A stretch of 64,000 nt of DNA from Acidobacteria bacterium UBA2161 (GCA_002328835.1 DCWN01000043.1:17740-81739); one strand, 5' to 3'. Counted from the stretch's first letter, positions 10,843-19,354 are shown. A program made the numbers and translations. The notes: generated by a model not told the origin, from the letters alone.

Positions 10843-11651
10843 AGGTCGTCTGCGCAGGCGATTGCGGCGTCGACCGCTACGTCGATCTGGGCATCGACCG
10901 GCCGGGCGGCAAGACCCTCAATGTCGCCGCGACTGCGCGGCAATTGTTTCCGCGATCGACCGACGTTAGCGTGGTGACCGCGTTGGGTACCGACGAGGAG
11001 GCGCGGTTCGTCGCGGCGGCAATTCGGGATCATGGTTTGACCGGGTCGGTCGTCCACCGGCGGGGGCGAACTTCCGTTCAGCAGATCGATCGGTCGCCGG
11101 CGGGTGAAAAGATCTTCCTCGAGTACGACCAGGGTGTGCTCGGCGGCTACCGTCCCGACCCCGCGGCCCGAGAGCTCATCGCCGCTGCCGATCTGCTCGT
11201 CACCCCGCTCTACGTCGAGATCCACGGCTTCTTCGATTCGGTCATCGCCACGCCCTCGGCCGGCCTCCGGGTCGTCGACTTTTCCGATCTCTCCGACTTC
11301 GACTCCGACCCGGCCATCGTCGACCGCTACGCCGATCGATTCGACATCGGGTTCTTCGGGCTGAGCCTGGCCGCGCCGAACCTCATCGCCTCGCTCGAAG
11401 TGCTGGCGCGTTTGCGCCGGAAGCTCTTCATCGTGACGCTCGGCGCCGACGGCAGCCTCGCGGTGGGAGGGGCGGACCGGATCCGATGTCAGGCGGTGCC
11501 GGTGCCGGCAGTCGTCGATACGACCGGCGCGGGCGATGTCTTCGCGGCCGGATTCCTCCGGGAGTACTGCACGTCGCGCGACGTCGCCGCCAGCCTCCGT
11601 GCCGGCAGCCTGGTGGCGGCCGAGTCGATTCAGCGTATAGGCGCGTTTTGA
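10839..11651 (+). CDS. PfkB-family carbohydrate/small-molecule kinase
   Basis: GTG 10839 overlaps the upstream stop (GTGA). C-terminal signature VVDTTGAGDVFAAGF. The upstream part of track ORF 10581.. overlaps btpA in another frame. Confidence 0.8.
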   Translation: MKVVCAGDCGVDRYVDLGIDRPGGKTLNVAATARQLFPRSTDVSVVTALGTDEEARFVAAAIRDHGLTGSVVHRRGRTSVQQIDRSPAGEKIFLEYDQGVLGGYRPDPAARELIAAADLLVTPLYVEIHGFFDSVIATPSAGLRVVDFSDLSDFDSDPAIVDRYADRFDIGFFGLSLAAPNLIASLEVLARLRRKLFIVTLGADGSLAVGGADRIRCQAVPVPAVVDTTGAGDVFAAGFLREYCTSRDVAASLRAGSLVAAESIQRIGAF

Positions 11652-12587
11652 CTAGCGGACTAGCAGCGGGCACGTCATGCAATGGGCGCCGCCGTTGCCT
11701 ATGAATAGCTCATTAGATGGGAACGTCGAGACGGTCCAGCCTCGGCTGCGCAGCCGATCGGCGATGCCGGTCGCCTGCGCGAAGCCGATCGCCTTCGTCC
11801 CGCGCTCGGTCACGACCACGTTGAGATGTCCGCCGAGGCGCTCGTCGTCCGAGATCGGCAGCCGCTCCACGCCGCGCGCTTCGAGGAACTCCTCGAACAT
11901 GACGTGCCGCGGCTCGGCGCGGCCAGCCTCGTGGAGCCAGCACGGGAAGGTCCGGAACGCCTCTTCGAAGATGAGGCCAAGCCGTTCGTCGAGCACCATG
12001 AAGATGCCGTCGATGTGGATGTAGCCGAACGGCAGCGGTACTTCGAGGAAGTACTTCACGTCGCGTCCGAGCACGAGCGCGCGGAGCGCGGCGGCGCCCT
12101 CCTGGTTGGCCCGGTCGCAGATCGATGCGACGACGGTGTCCTCACCGATCATCGTCACGCCGCCGCCTTCGAGGTAGCCGGGTGGCTCGATCGCGCCGAG
12201 CACGGGCACGCCCAATCGCTCGAAGGCCCGGCCCATCAGACGCTGATCGCCCCACCGCCCGCGCAGGTGCGGGCTCATGAGGACGGCGCCCGAGGCGAAG
12301 ACGGCCGCCAGGTCGCGTGTGTAGGTGACGTTGGGGCGTCGATTCAGGGTGGCGATGGCATCGTCGTCGGCGGCGAGGACATCGCTCAGGAAGACCGTGT
12401 CGACACCGTCAGCGTGGAAGCAGTCGACCATCGCGTCGTAGTCGCGGACGAACCCAGTGCGATCGACCGGTCGGTCGAAGTTGAACTCGCGCAGCGTCTG
12501 CTCCGTGACGAGGTCGAGTTCGGGGCCCGGCCGGTGCATTAGGACCCGCTCGAGCGTGCCGTATGCGGAGCGGACGCCGAAGGTCAT
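11652..12587 (-). CDS. Guanidino-group modifying enzyme (amidinotransferase / arginine deiminase / DDAH superfamily)
   Basis: Start MTFGVRSAYGTLERVLMHRPG (ATG comp. 12585-12587), overlapping the upstream TAA by 1 nt. C-terminal catalytic block GNGGAHCMTCPLLVR. The 668-aa track ORF is an artefactual upstream extension. Confidence 0.8.
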   Translation of the reverse strand: MTFGVRSAYGTLERVLMHRPGPELDLVTEQTLREFNFDRPVDRTGFVRDYDAMVDCFHADGVDTVFLSDVLAADDDAIATLNRRPNVTYTRDLAAVFASGAVLMSPHLRGRWGDQRLMGRAFERLGVPVLGAIEPPGYLEGGGVTMIGEDTVVASICDRANQEGAAALRALVLGRDVKYFLEVPLPFGYIHIDGIFMVLDERLGLIFEEAFRTFPCWLHEAGRAEPRHVMFEEFLEARGVERLPISDDERLGGHLNVVVTERGTKAIGFAQATGIADRLRSRGWTVSTFPSNELFIGNGGAHCMTCPLLVR

Positions 12588-13951
12588 TAGGACGCGCGCC
12601 CGCCCTGGCGGGTCAGCCAGAAGTAGACCGGAACGCCGGTGGCCGTGAGCGCCAGACCGATCAGCGTATCTTGCGAGTTGTAGATGACCGCGCTGACCAG
12701 GAACATCGCCATCACGCCCATGAAGACGAGCGGCACGACGGGGTACCCCGGTGTGCGATAGGTCCCGGCGCTGGGCGTGCGCCGGTGCCGGAGCGGGAAG
12801 ATCGCCGAGACCAGCAGGATGTTCGCTAGCTGAAGCGGGACCAGCAGGAACGTCACGAGCCGATCGAACGAGCCGAAGAACAGCAGTGCGACCGACGAGA
12901 GAATTGCCGTGAAGAGAATCGCACCGGACGGCACCGCCGTCGTCGGTGAGACGATCGCGAGTCCACGGAAGAACGTCCCAAGAAGGGTCGGGCGCGCCGC
13001 CGCCTCGTACTGCGCCGCGACGGTATAGATGATCCGCGGCAGCGTCATGACGAGGCCGCCCAGGGCGCCGAAGATCGACACCGTCATCAGGCCCGTCACC
13101 AGCCGTCCGCCCGTCGTGCCGAACGACAGTGTGGCGATTGTGGCGCCGATGGTCGTCGGTTCGGCCCGCATCGCATCGAGCGGGAGGACTCGCAGGAACG
13201 CGTAGTTCACGAGCAGGTAGAGCAGGGTGATACCGCCGACACCGAGCGCGAGTCCGCGCGGCAAGTTGCGGCGCGGTTCGTTGACTTCGCCCGCGACGTG
13301 CGTGACATCGAGCCAGCCGTCGTAGGTGAACAGCACGGCGGCCACGCCGAGGCCGACGAGGCGAAACAGGCCGACCCAGTCCCCCGACCCGGCGCCGACA
13401 CTCGACGCGCGCGGTGCGGCGTCGGCGAGAAAGAGCGCACCCCCGACCAGGCAGAGCAGTCCGAGGATCTTGGCCGCGGTCAGCGTTACCTGTGTTCGCC
13501 CGCCCCACGCGACACCGCGCAGGTTGATGAGCGTGAACCCGCTGATTGCGGCCACGCCCCAGACCGCGGCCGACGGGCCGGTGCCGCCGAGCAACTGGAC
13601 GAGGAATTCGCCGAAGACGATCGCCACGCCGGCGACCGAGCCCGGCCCGCTGACCCACATCTCCATCCAGACCTTGAGGAAGCCCCAGAACGGTCCGTAG
13701 CCTTCACGGATGATGTGGTACGTCGCCCCCGGCTGCGGCAGGAGCGTCGCGGTTTCGGCCAGCGTCAACGCGCCGCACAACGTGATGACGCCGCAGAGCG
13801 CCCAGAAGAAGTAGACCTGCGCCGGCGTCTGGGCGACGGCAGCCAGCTCGCCCGGCGTGAAGAAGATGCCCGAGCCGAGCATGTCGCCGACGACGATGGC
13901 GACGACGGCCGAGAGGCCGAGCTGGCGGCGCAGCGCGGGCGCGGAGCTCAT
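12587..13951 (-). CDS. APC-family amino acid permease
   Basis: Start MSSAPALRRQLGLSAVVAIVVGDMLGSGIFFTPGE (ATG comp. 13949-13951). About 12 TM. The longer track ORF start lies inside a repeat element. Confidence 0.85.
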   Translation of the reverse strand: MSSAPALRRQLGLSAVVAIVVGDMLGSGIFFTPGELAAVAQTPAQVYFFWALCGVITLCGALTLAETATLLPQPGATYHIIREGYGPFWGFLKVWMEMWVSGPGSVAGVAIVFGEFLVQLLGGTGPSAAVWGVAAISGFTLINLRGVAWGGRTQVTLTAAKILGLLCLVGGALFLADAAPRASSVGAGSGDWVGLFRLVGLGVAAVLFTYDGWLDVTHVAGEVNEPRRNLPRGLALGVGGITLLYLLVNYAFLRVLPLDAMRAEPTTIGATIATLSFGTTGGRLVTGLMTVSIFGALGGLVMTLPRIIYTVAAQYEAAARPTLLGTFFRGLAIVSPTTAVPSGAILFTAILSSVALLFFGSFDRLVTFLLVPLQLANILLVSAIFPLRHRRTPSAGTYRTPGYPVVPLVFMGVMAMFLVSAVIYNSQDTLIGLALTATGVPVYFWLTRQGGRAS

Positions 13952-13981
13952 CGGCCCAATACTAGTGGAAGTCCTGTTCCC

Positions 13982-14191
13982 GCGCGGGACTGGGCATTGC
14001 GCCGTCGATCCCGTCGGCGGCCGGCGACCAGGCGATTCGGGATCTTCCCAGCGTGTGAGCCACGGGTCGACAGGCCAAGCGTTCACGAATTCCGTTTCGG
14101 TGGTCGCACATCCAGGCGGCCGCCTCCCTAAGAAGGGATCGACCACCGCAAAGCCCAGCCCCGCGCCAGACCAAACGCCCAGCCCCGCGCC
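13982..14191. repeat. ~185-nt palindromic (long-hairpin) repeat, copy A, plus a duplicated 15-nt terminal arm
   Basis: Homologous over its whole length to the reverse complement of 38524..38711. There is a 34-nt identical block at 13990-14023, a central block GTGTGAGCCAYGGGTCGAC, and a 29-nt block at 14115-14143. Nested long-range complementarity: 13982-13995/14153-14166, 14004-14012/14135-14143, 14016-14023/14117-14124. GCCCAGCCCCGCGCC is repeated at 14153 and 14177. Confidence 0.85.
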
Positions 14192-14200
14192 GAGTGAGAG

Positions 14201-15664
14201 CTAGCTCCGTCGGAAGAACTTCTCGACCGCGGTCTGCGGCGCGGGCTGGGTGATCGGTGTCAGACCGACGATCAGGGCGAGGCTCAGCGCCATGCCGGGC
14301 ACAACAGGATGAATCGCGACGGCCCATCCGACCTCGGCCAGCGTGAGCCCGGTCCAGACGGCGGTGATGGCGAAGCCGCCGACGGCCGACGCCGTTGCGG
14401 CGGCCGGCGTCGTCCGCGGGGAGGTCAGTCCGAACAGGAGCGGGAAGAAGAAGGTTGCTCCGACCATCGCCACGGCGTAAGAGACGATGGCCAGGATCAG
14501 CGCGGGCGTGTTCAGCGCCGCGACGAGCGCGATCGCTCCGATCACGACGATCGTGACCCGCGAGATCCGCAGGTAGTGGCGCTCGTCGCGCGCGATGCCG
14601 CGTGGTTCGTGAACCGACTTCCGTAGGAAGTCGTGGGCGACCGCCGCACCCGAGAGCAACAGCAACGAGTCGGTCGTCGACATGGCCGCGCTGGCGATGC
14701 CGGTGAGCGCGATCGCCGAGGCGACCGGGCCGAGGACGGCGGCCGACAGCGCCGGGAACGCCTGATCCGGCAGGTCGATCTGGTCCCAGACGAGAATTCG
14801 CGCCGCGCCGCCGAGGTAGAGGTTGCCGTAGAGCATGAAGATGCTGATGAGCAGGCAGGTGGTCGGCAACGCGTAACGGGCCACCTTCGAATCGCGCGCG
14901 ACGAACACCTTCGTGAGCAGTTCAAGCCGCGTTGCGTAGGCGACGAACCAGACGAGCCACCACGACAGCAGGTAGCTCCAGGACCACGATGTCCCGGTGA
15001 CTGACGTCCAGCCCGGCGCCAACGCCTCCGCGCGCTGCATCACCGTCGCCAGGCCGCCGGCCGCCGCGTAGACCGCCGGCATCATGATGATGAGGCCGAT
15101 CCACATGAAGACGAACTGCAACACGTTCGTCCAGATGACGGCCAGCATGCCGCCCAGCGCGACGTAGAAGATGAAGAGTGCCGTGCCCAGCACCATCGAC
15201 GGCACGAGCGGGAATCCGAGCAGCCCTTCGAGGATCAGCCCCATCCCCCGGATCTGCGCGATGAGATAGACGATGCTCGACGCCGCGACGACGAAGGCGC
15301 TGAACGCCCGCAGCGTGTGGCTGCCGAACCGGTCGCCCATGTAGTCGGGCAGCGTGAACGCAGCGATCTCCCGTAGCTTCCTCGCGAAGAAGACGAGAAT
15401 GACTAGAAAGCCGAGCGCGAAGCTCATCAGCGGCAGGATCGCCACACCGCCGAACGCGCCGGCGAACGCGACGCCGCTCAGCACCGAGCCGCCGTGCATC
15501 ACGGCCGCCATCATCCCCAACGTCATCACAACGGTGCCGAACCGGCGTCCGGCGACCCAGAGGTCGGCCTCGCTCCGTTGCTGCCGCCCGGAGATGACTG
15601 CAATGGCGATGACGACAATCAGGTAGGCCGCGAAGACGGCCAGGCCGACGCTCGAGGGGGTCAT
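14201..15664 (-). CDS. Sodium:solute symporter (SSS family)
   Basis: 487-aa polytopic protein. The N-terminal AVISGRQQRSEADLWVAGRRFG block is typical of SSS transporters. Confidence 0.85.
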   Translation of the reverse strand: MTPSSVGLAVFAAYLIVVIAIAVISGRQQRSEADLWVAGRRFGTVVMTLGMMAAVMHGGSVLSGVAFAGAFGGVAILPLMSFALGFLVILVFFARKLREIAAFTLPDYMGDRFGSHTLRAFSAFVVAASSIVYLIAQIRGMGLILEGLLGFPLVPSMVLGTALFIFYVALGGMLAVIWTNVLQFVFMWIGLIIMMPAVYAAAGGLATVMQRAEALAPGWTSVTGTSWSWSYLLSWWLVWFVAYATRLELLTKVFVARDSKVARYALPTTCLLISIFMLYGNLYLGGAARILVWDQIDLPDQAFPALSAAVLGPVASAIALTGIASAAMSTTDSLLLLSGAAVAHDFLRKSVHEPRGIARDERHYLRISRVTIVVIGAIALVAALNTPALILAIVSYAVAMVGATFFFPLLFGLTSPRTTPAAATASAVGGFAITAVWTGLTLAEVGWAVAIHPVVPGMALSLALIVGLTPITQPAPQTAVEKFFRRS

Positions 15665-15667
15665 GCG

Positions 15668-15778
15668 CTACGGCCGCCGGCCGGTCTTGATCTGCCAGCA
15701 GACGTAGTACTGGTAGGCGATGACGGCCAGGGGGATGACGATCAGGACGAGGACGCTCGACCAGGGCAGTCCGAACAT
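15668..15778 (-). CDS. 36-aa single-TM micro-protein directly upstream of the SSS symporter (not in the ORF track)
   Basis: MFGLPWSSVLVLIVIPLAVIAYQYYVCWQIKTGRRP*. 34 of 35 codons end in G/C. The TAG is 3 nt before the symporter ATG. No clear SD. The arrangement is analogous to the small subunits that precede other SSS transporters. Confidence 0.55.
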   Translation of the reverse strand: MFGLPWSSVLVLIVIPLAVIAYQYYVCWQIKTGRRP

Positions 15779-15908
15779 GGCGTAAGGATACAGAATTCGG
15801 GAGCCGGAGGCGGGAGCATCTGGCCGCCCTTATACTGCGTCCAGCTTGAGATCGATAAGCCGAGGGACGCGTGGCTGGACCCGGCTCGGGTGCGGAAGGA
15901 GAGTCGTG

Positions 15909-16406
15909 ATGGGGCGGGTGAAGTGTCAAGTGCTTGTCTTCGCGGCCGTGCTTGCCGGACTCTGGCAGGCTGGGGCCGGTGCGCAGCCCGGGGTGGCTGC
16001 CGAGGACGAGGTTCGGGCGGTCTTGACCGATTTTCTGCGCGTCTTCGAGAACGGCGAGGTCGACGCGATGGAAGCGGCGTTCACCGATGCCACCGTCTTC
16101 CCCAGAGCGATCATGGGCCGCGAGCCGGCCGAACCGATCCGGGTGGCGGCCTACCGTCGCCAGCGCGGACTCGATCCGCAGATGCGAGAAGTCGTCGCCG
16201 AGTGGCGCGCGAGCCGGCCCGGCCCGCCCTACGTGGCGCTCGAACCCCGCAATCTTGAGATAGAGGTCTTCGGTGACGCCGCGCTCGCGACATTTCACCT
16301 CGAGAACGGTCCGTCCCTGTCCCGCCGGACATTCGTTCTGGCGAATCGTGACGGTGTCTGGCGGATCGTGCACCTGCACGCCTCCAACGTCGTAGAGTCG
16401 AATTGA
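15909..16406 (+). CDS. Secreted SnoaL-like/DUF4440 (NTF2-fold) protein
   Basis: ATG 15909 after GGAAGGAG. Signal peptide, then VRAVLTDFLRVFENGEVDAMEAAF...ANRDGVWRIVHLHAS, typical of NTF2-like proteins. Confidence 0.7.
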   Translation: MGRVKCQVLVFAAVLAGLWQAGAGAQPGVAAEDEVRAVLTDFLRVFENGEVDAMEAAFTDATVFPRAIMGREPAEPIRVAAYRRQRGLDPQMREVVAEWRASRPGPPYVALEPRNLEIEVFGDAALATFHLENGPSLSRRTFVLANRDGVWRIVHLHASNVVESN

Positions 16407-16515
16407 CGTCCCGGAAGGCACTGGTTCGTCGCTTCGCCGCGTACGTCGACATGGTTCACGCGGCACTCGGCGACTACCGCAGGGGGTTGGAAGGGCAGCT
16501 GCAAGGAGGCGAACG

Positions 16516-17289
16516 ATGAAGCGGATCATCTGGTGTGCGTTCCTGATCGGCATCGCGGGAGCGCCGCTCCAGCTTCAGGCCCAGGACCGTGACACGGGTT
16601 TTCTGAACCGCACCGTCACCGTTGACGGCGCGACCCACAGGTACCAGGTCTACGTGCCTCGCGACTACGACCCTGACGTGGCCTGGCCGGTGATCCTGTT
16701 TCTTCACGGCGCGGGTGAGCGCGGCGATGACGGCATCATCCAGACCGAGGTCGGCCTTGGCCGGGCGCTCCGGCGGTGGCCCGAACGCTACCCGGCGATC
16801 GTCGTCCTCCCGCAGGCGCCGACCGAGACGCTCTGGCAGGGCGAGATCGCCGACGTGGCGATGGCGGCACTCGACCAGACGGTTGCCGAGTACCGCACCG
16901 ACGCCACGCGGACCTATCTGACCGGCCTGTCGATGGGCGGGAACGGCAGCTGGTATCTCGGCTACCATCACGCCGATCGCTTCGCGGCGGTCGCGCCGAT
17001 CTGCGGCTTCGTCAGTACCCTCGGCAGTTTCGACGGTGGTTTCTCGAGTGCCGCCGACCCGCATGCGGAGGTCGCGTCGCACCTCGCCGAGACGCCAGTC
17101 TGGATCTTCCACGGTGAGTCGGACACGGTCGTGTCCGTCGAGGAATCGCGGAAGATGCACGCGGCCCTCCAGGCCGTGGACGCCCCAGTCCGCTACACTG
17201 AGCTGCCCGGCACCGGCCACAACTCGTGGGACGCGGCCTACGCGTCGCCCGGCTTCGCCGAGTGGCTCTTCGAGCAGGGGAAGCGATGA
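16516..17289 (+). CDS. Secreted alpha/beta-hydrolase esterase (phospholipase/carboxylesterase or PHB-depolymerase-type)
   Basis: Signal peptide. LFLHGAGERG. Nucleophile elbow GLSMGG. C-terminal IFHGESDTVV ... GTGHNSW. Confidence 0.8.
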   Translation: MKRIIWCAFLIGIAGAPLQLQAQDRDTGFLNRTVTVDGATHRYQVYVPRDYDPDVAWPVILFLHGAGERGDDGIIQTEVGLGRALRRWPERYPAIVVLPQAPTETLWQGEIADVAMAALDQTVAEYRTDATRTYLTGLSMGGNGSWYLGYHHADRFAAVAPICGFVSTLGSFDGGFSSAADPHAEVASHLAETPVWIFHGESDTVVSVEESRKMHAALQAVDAPVRYTELPGTGHNSWDAAYASPGFAEWLFEQGKR

Positions 17290-17302
17290 CCGGGTCGGCT
17301 GG

Positions 17303-17842
17303 TTGCGGCGGCTGGCCGACGCGCTGCCCGCTCGAGAGCTGATCTTCGTCAAGCATGCGCGCGGCGGGACCTCGTTGCTCGCCTGGGCGCCGGAATGGGA
17401 TGAGGCGCGCGCCGAGACCACCGGGAACGCCGCGGCCGGCCCGATGTATCCGCAGCTCATCGAGCTCCTCGATGATCTGGGTGTCCGCGACGGCGTCGAG
17501 TTCGGCGCGGTTTTCTGGATGCAGGGTGAGCGTGATGCACTCTTCCCCGGGCCGGCCGCCGAGTACTTCGACAACCTCCGAACGCTCGTGACCGCGTTCC
17601 GCCGCGACCTGACCGATCCGGACCTACCCTTCATCCTCGGTCTGGCGAATCCGTCACCCGAACGCTACACCGAGTTGGCGGTCGTCCAGGCCGCTCAGCG
17701 CCACGCGGCTGCTGAGATTGCGGGCGTCCACCTGGTCGATACTGCGGGTCTCACCAAACACGATGACGCCGTCCACTACGACACCGGCGGCATTCTCGAG
17801 CTGGGGCGGAGGTTCGCCGAGACCTACCTGGCGGTACGGTAG
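17303..17842 (+). CDS. SGNH/DUF303 (sialate O-acetylesterase-like) protein lacking the N-terminal catalytic block; possibly a pseudogene
   Basis: Homology starts at ..VGWLRRLADALPARELIFVKHARGGTSLLAW .. FWMQGERD .. VHYD. No GQSNM-type Ser block can be encoded, because the upstream sequence is the esterase C-terminus. The only in-frame start nearby is TTG 17303. ATG 17286 (ATGA-coupled) is in another frame and stops after 18 codons. Confidence 0.5.
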   Translation: MRRLADALPARELIFVKHARGGTSLLAWAPEWDEARAETTGNAAAGPMYPQLIELLDDLGVRDGVEFGAVFWMQGERDALFPGPAAEYFDNLRTLVTAFRRDLTDPDLPFILGLANPSPERYTELAVVQAAQRHAAAEIAGVHLVDTAGLTKHDDAVHYDTGGILELGRRFAETYLAVR

Positions 17843-17923
17843 TCACAGGTGTGACGGGCGAGGCCCGACTCGCCCGGCGCTATCGGATATGATCCGCCTG
17901 TTTTCCGCGGAAGAGGTGATCAG

Positions 17924-19276
17924 ATGCCCACGGCCTTCCGATTCGTCCTGACGATCATCCTCGGCGCCGCGCTCGCGGCGACCGCCGCGGCCCAGCCGTC
18001 GGCGCTCCTCGTCCGGGGCGTGACGCTCATCGACGGCAATGGTGGCGTGCCGGTCGATGACACGACCGTCGTCATCGAGGGTGACCGGATTGCGGCGGTC
18101 GGCGGCGCGGATCTGCCGATCCCCGACGGCGCGGAGGTCATCGACGGCCGCCGCCGCTACCTCGTGCCCGGCCTGATGGACATGCACGTCCACCTGCGTG
18201 GTGGCGGCAGCCGGCGCGACGGCGGCGCCGTGACGGTCGAGCAGGAGCGCGCCGGTCTCCGCGGCCTGCACAGCTATCTCTACGCCGGCGTCACGACGAT
18301 CTACGACGCCGGCAATCGGTCAGCGTTCATCTTCCAGCTGCGCCGGAAGGAGCGCGCGGACGAGATCGTCGCGCCGCGCATCTTCGCTACCGGCGGCACC
18401 GTCGCCAGTCCGAACGGCCACGGCGGACCGTATCTGGTGGAAGCCTGGCCCGAGGATCGTGCCGTTCTTGATGAGCACATCGCGACCGGCCCCGACATCC
18501 TGAAGATCGGTCAGGACGAGCACGGCTGGATGATGCGCCCGCTCATCAACCAGCTGCCGGTCGATCTGCTCGAGCGCATCATCCGGCACTATCACGAGCA
18601 GGGGATCCGCTCGACGATTCACGTATCGACCGAGCGGACGGCGTGGGAGGCGATCTACGCCGGCGTCGACACGCTCGCGCACCCGATCATCCAGGCGCCC
18701 GTCAGCGACGCCTATCTCGAGATGATGGCCGTCCGACGGGTTCCCACCGTGTCGACGCTCACGATCGGCGAGGCGGCGAGCCGGCTGGTCGAGCATCCGG
18801 AGCATCTCGACGAGACGCTCTACCGGGACACCGTGGAATCGGAGGAGATCGCGCGGCTGAAGACCGAACAGCGGGCGCGCGAGCAGGAGAACGGACGCAC
18901 CGGGTGGCTGCGGACGATGACGCCGATCGCGCAGGAGAACCTGCGCCGGCTGCACGCGGCGGGCAAGGACATCGTCGTCTGCGGCACCGATCAGTTCTCG
19001 GGGCCGGCGGTGCACCGCGAGCTGGAGCTGCTGGTCGAGGGTGGGATTCCACCGGCGGACGCGATCGTCATCGCAACACGGAACGCCGCGCGCTTCCTCG
19101 GTCGACTCGACGAGATGGGTACGGTTGAATCCGGCAAGCTGGCCGATCTGGTCATCCTCGACGCCGATCCGACTGTCGACATCGACAACCTGAAACGGAT
19201 CGTGTCGGTCATCAAGGGCGGCCAGATCGTCGACCGGTCGGCGCTCGATCTCCCGGTGAACCGTGGACCACTGTAG
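17924..19276 (+). CDS. Secreted amidohydrolase-family metallohydrolase
   Basis: Signal peptide. VRGVTLIDGNG .. PGLMDMHVHL (HxH metal site). C-terminal GKLADLVILDADP. Confidence 0.85.
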   Translation: MPTAFRFVLTIILGAALAATAAAQPSALLVRGVTLIDGNGGVPVDDTTVVIEGDRIAAVGGADLPIPDGAEVIDGRRRYLVPGLMDMHVHLRGGGSRRDGGAVTVEQERAGLRGLHSYLYAGVTTIYDAGNRSAFIFQLRRKERADEIVAPRIFATGGTVASPNGHGGPYLVEAWPEDRAVLDEHIATGPDILKIGQDEHGWMMRPLINQLPVDLLERIIRHYHEQGIRSTIHVSTERTAWEAIYAGVDTLAHPIIQAPVSDAYLEMMAVRRVPTVSTLTIGEAASRLVEHPEHLDETLYRDTVESEEIARLKTEQRAREQENGRTGWLRTMTPIAQENLRRLHAAGKDIVVCGTDQFSGPAVHRELELLVEGGIPPADAIVIATRNAARFLGRLDEMGTVESGKLADLVILDADPTVDIDNLKRIVSVIKGGQIVDRSALDLPVNRGPL

Positions 19277-19285
19277 CCAGGCCAA

Positions 19286-19354
19286 CCGTAGCGCGCCAAC
19301 CGGGAGGGCCATCCGCCGGATGGCCGCATCGCGGGGCTGAAGCCCCGCGCTACA
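19286..19354. repeat. REP-like double hairpin
   Basis: GGCCATCC-GCC-GGATGGCC (19307-19325), followed by CGCGGGGC-TGAA-GCCCCGCG (19330-19349). The reverse strand reads TGTAGCGCGGGGCTTCAGCCCCGCG, the same motif as at 22445 and 58617. Lies between the amidohydrolase stop and the next gene. Confidence 0.7.

Noticed and set aside
11651-11685. CTAGCGGACTAGCAGCGGGCACG at the amidinotransferase stop resembles the start of the MITE TIR.
   Set aside because: Only the first 8-9 nt match. The sequence encodes the highly conserved catalytic C-terminus (..CMTCPLLVR*), so the similarity is most likely chance.
11652-13658. A 668-aa ORF suggesting a very large amidinotransferase.
   Set aside because: The N-terminal 357 codons overlap the APC permease gene in another frame and are Arg/Pro-rich. 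Homology begins at MTFGVRS (ATG comp. 12587), which is coupled to the permease stop.
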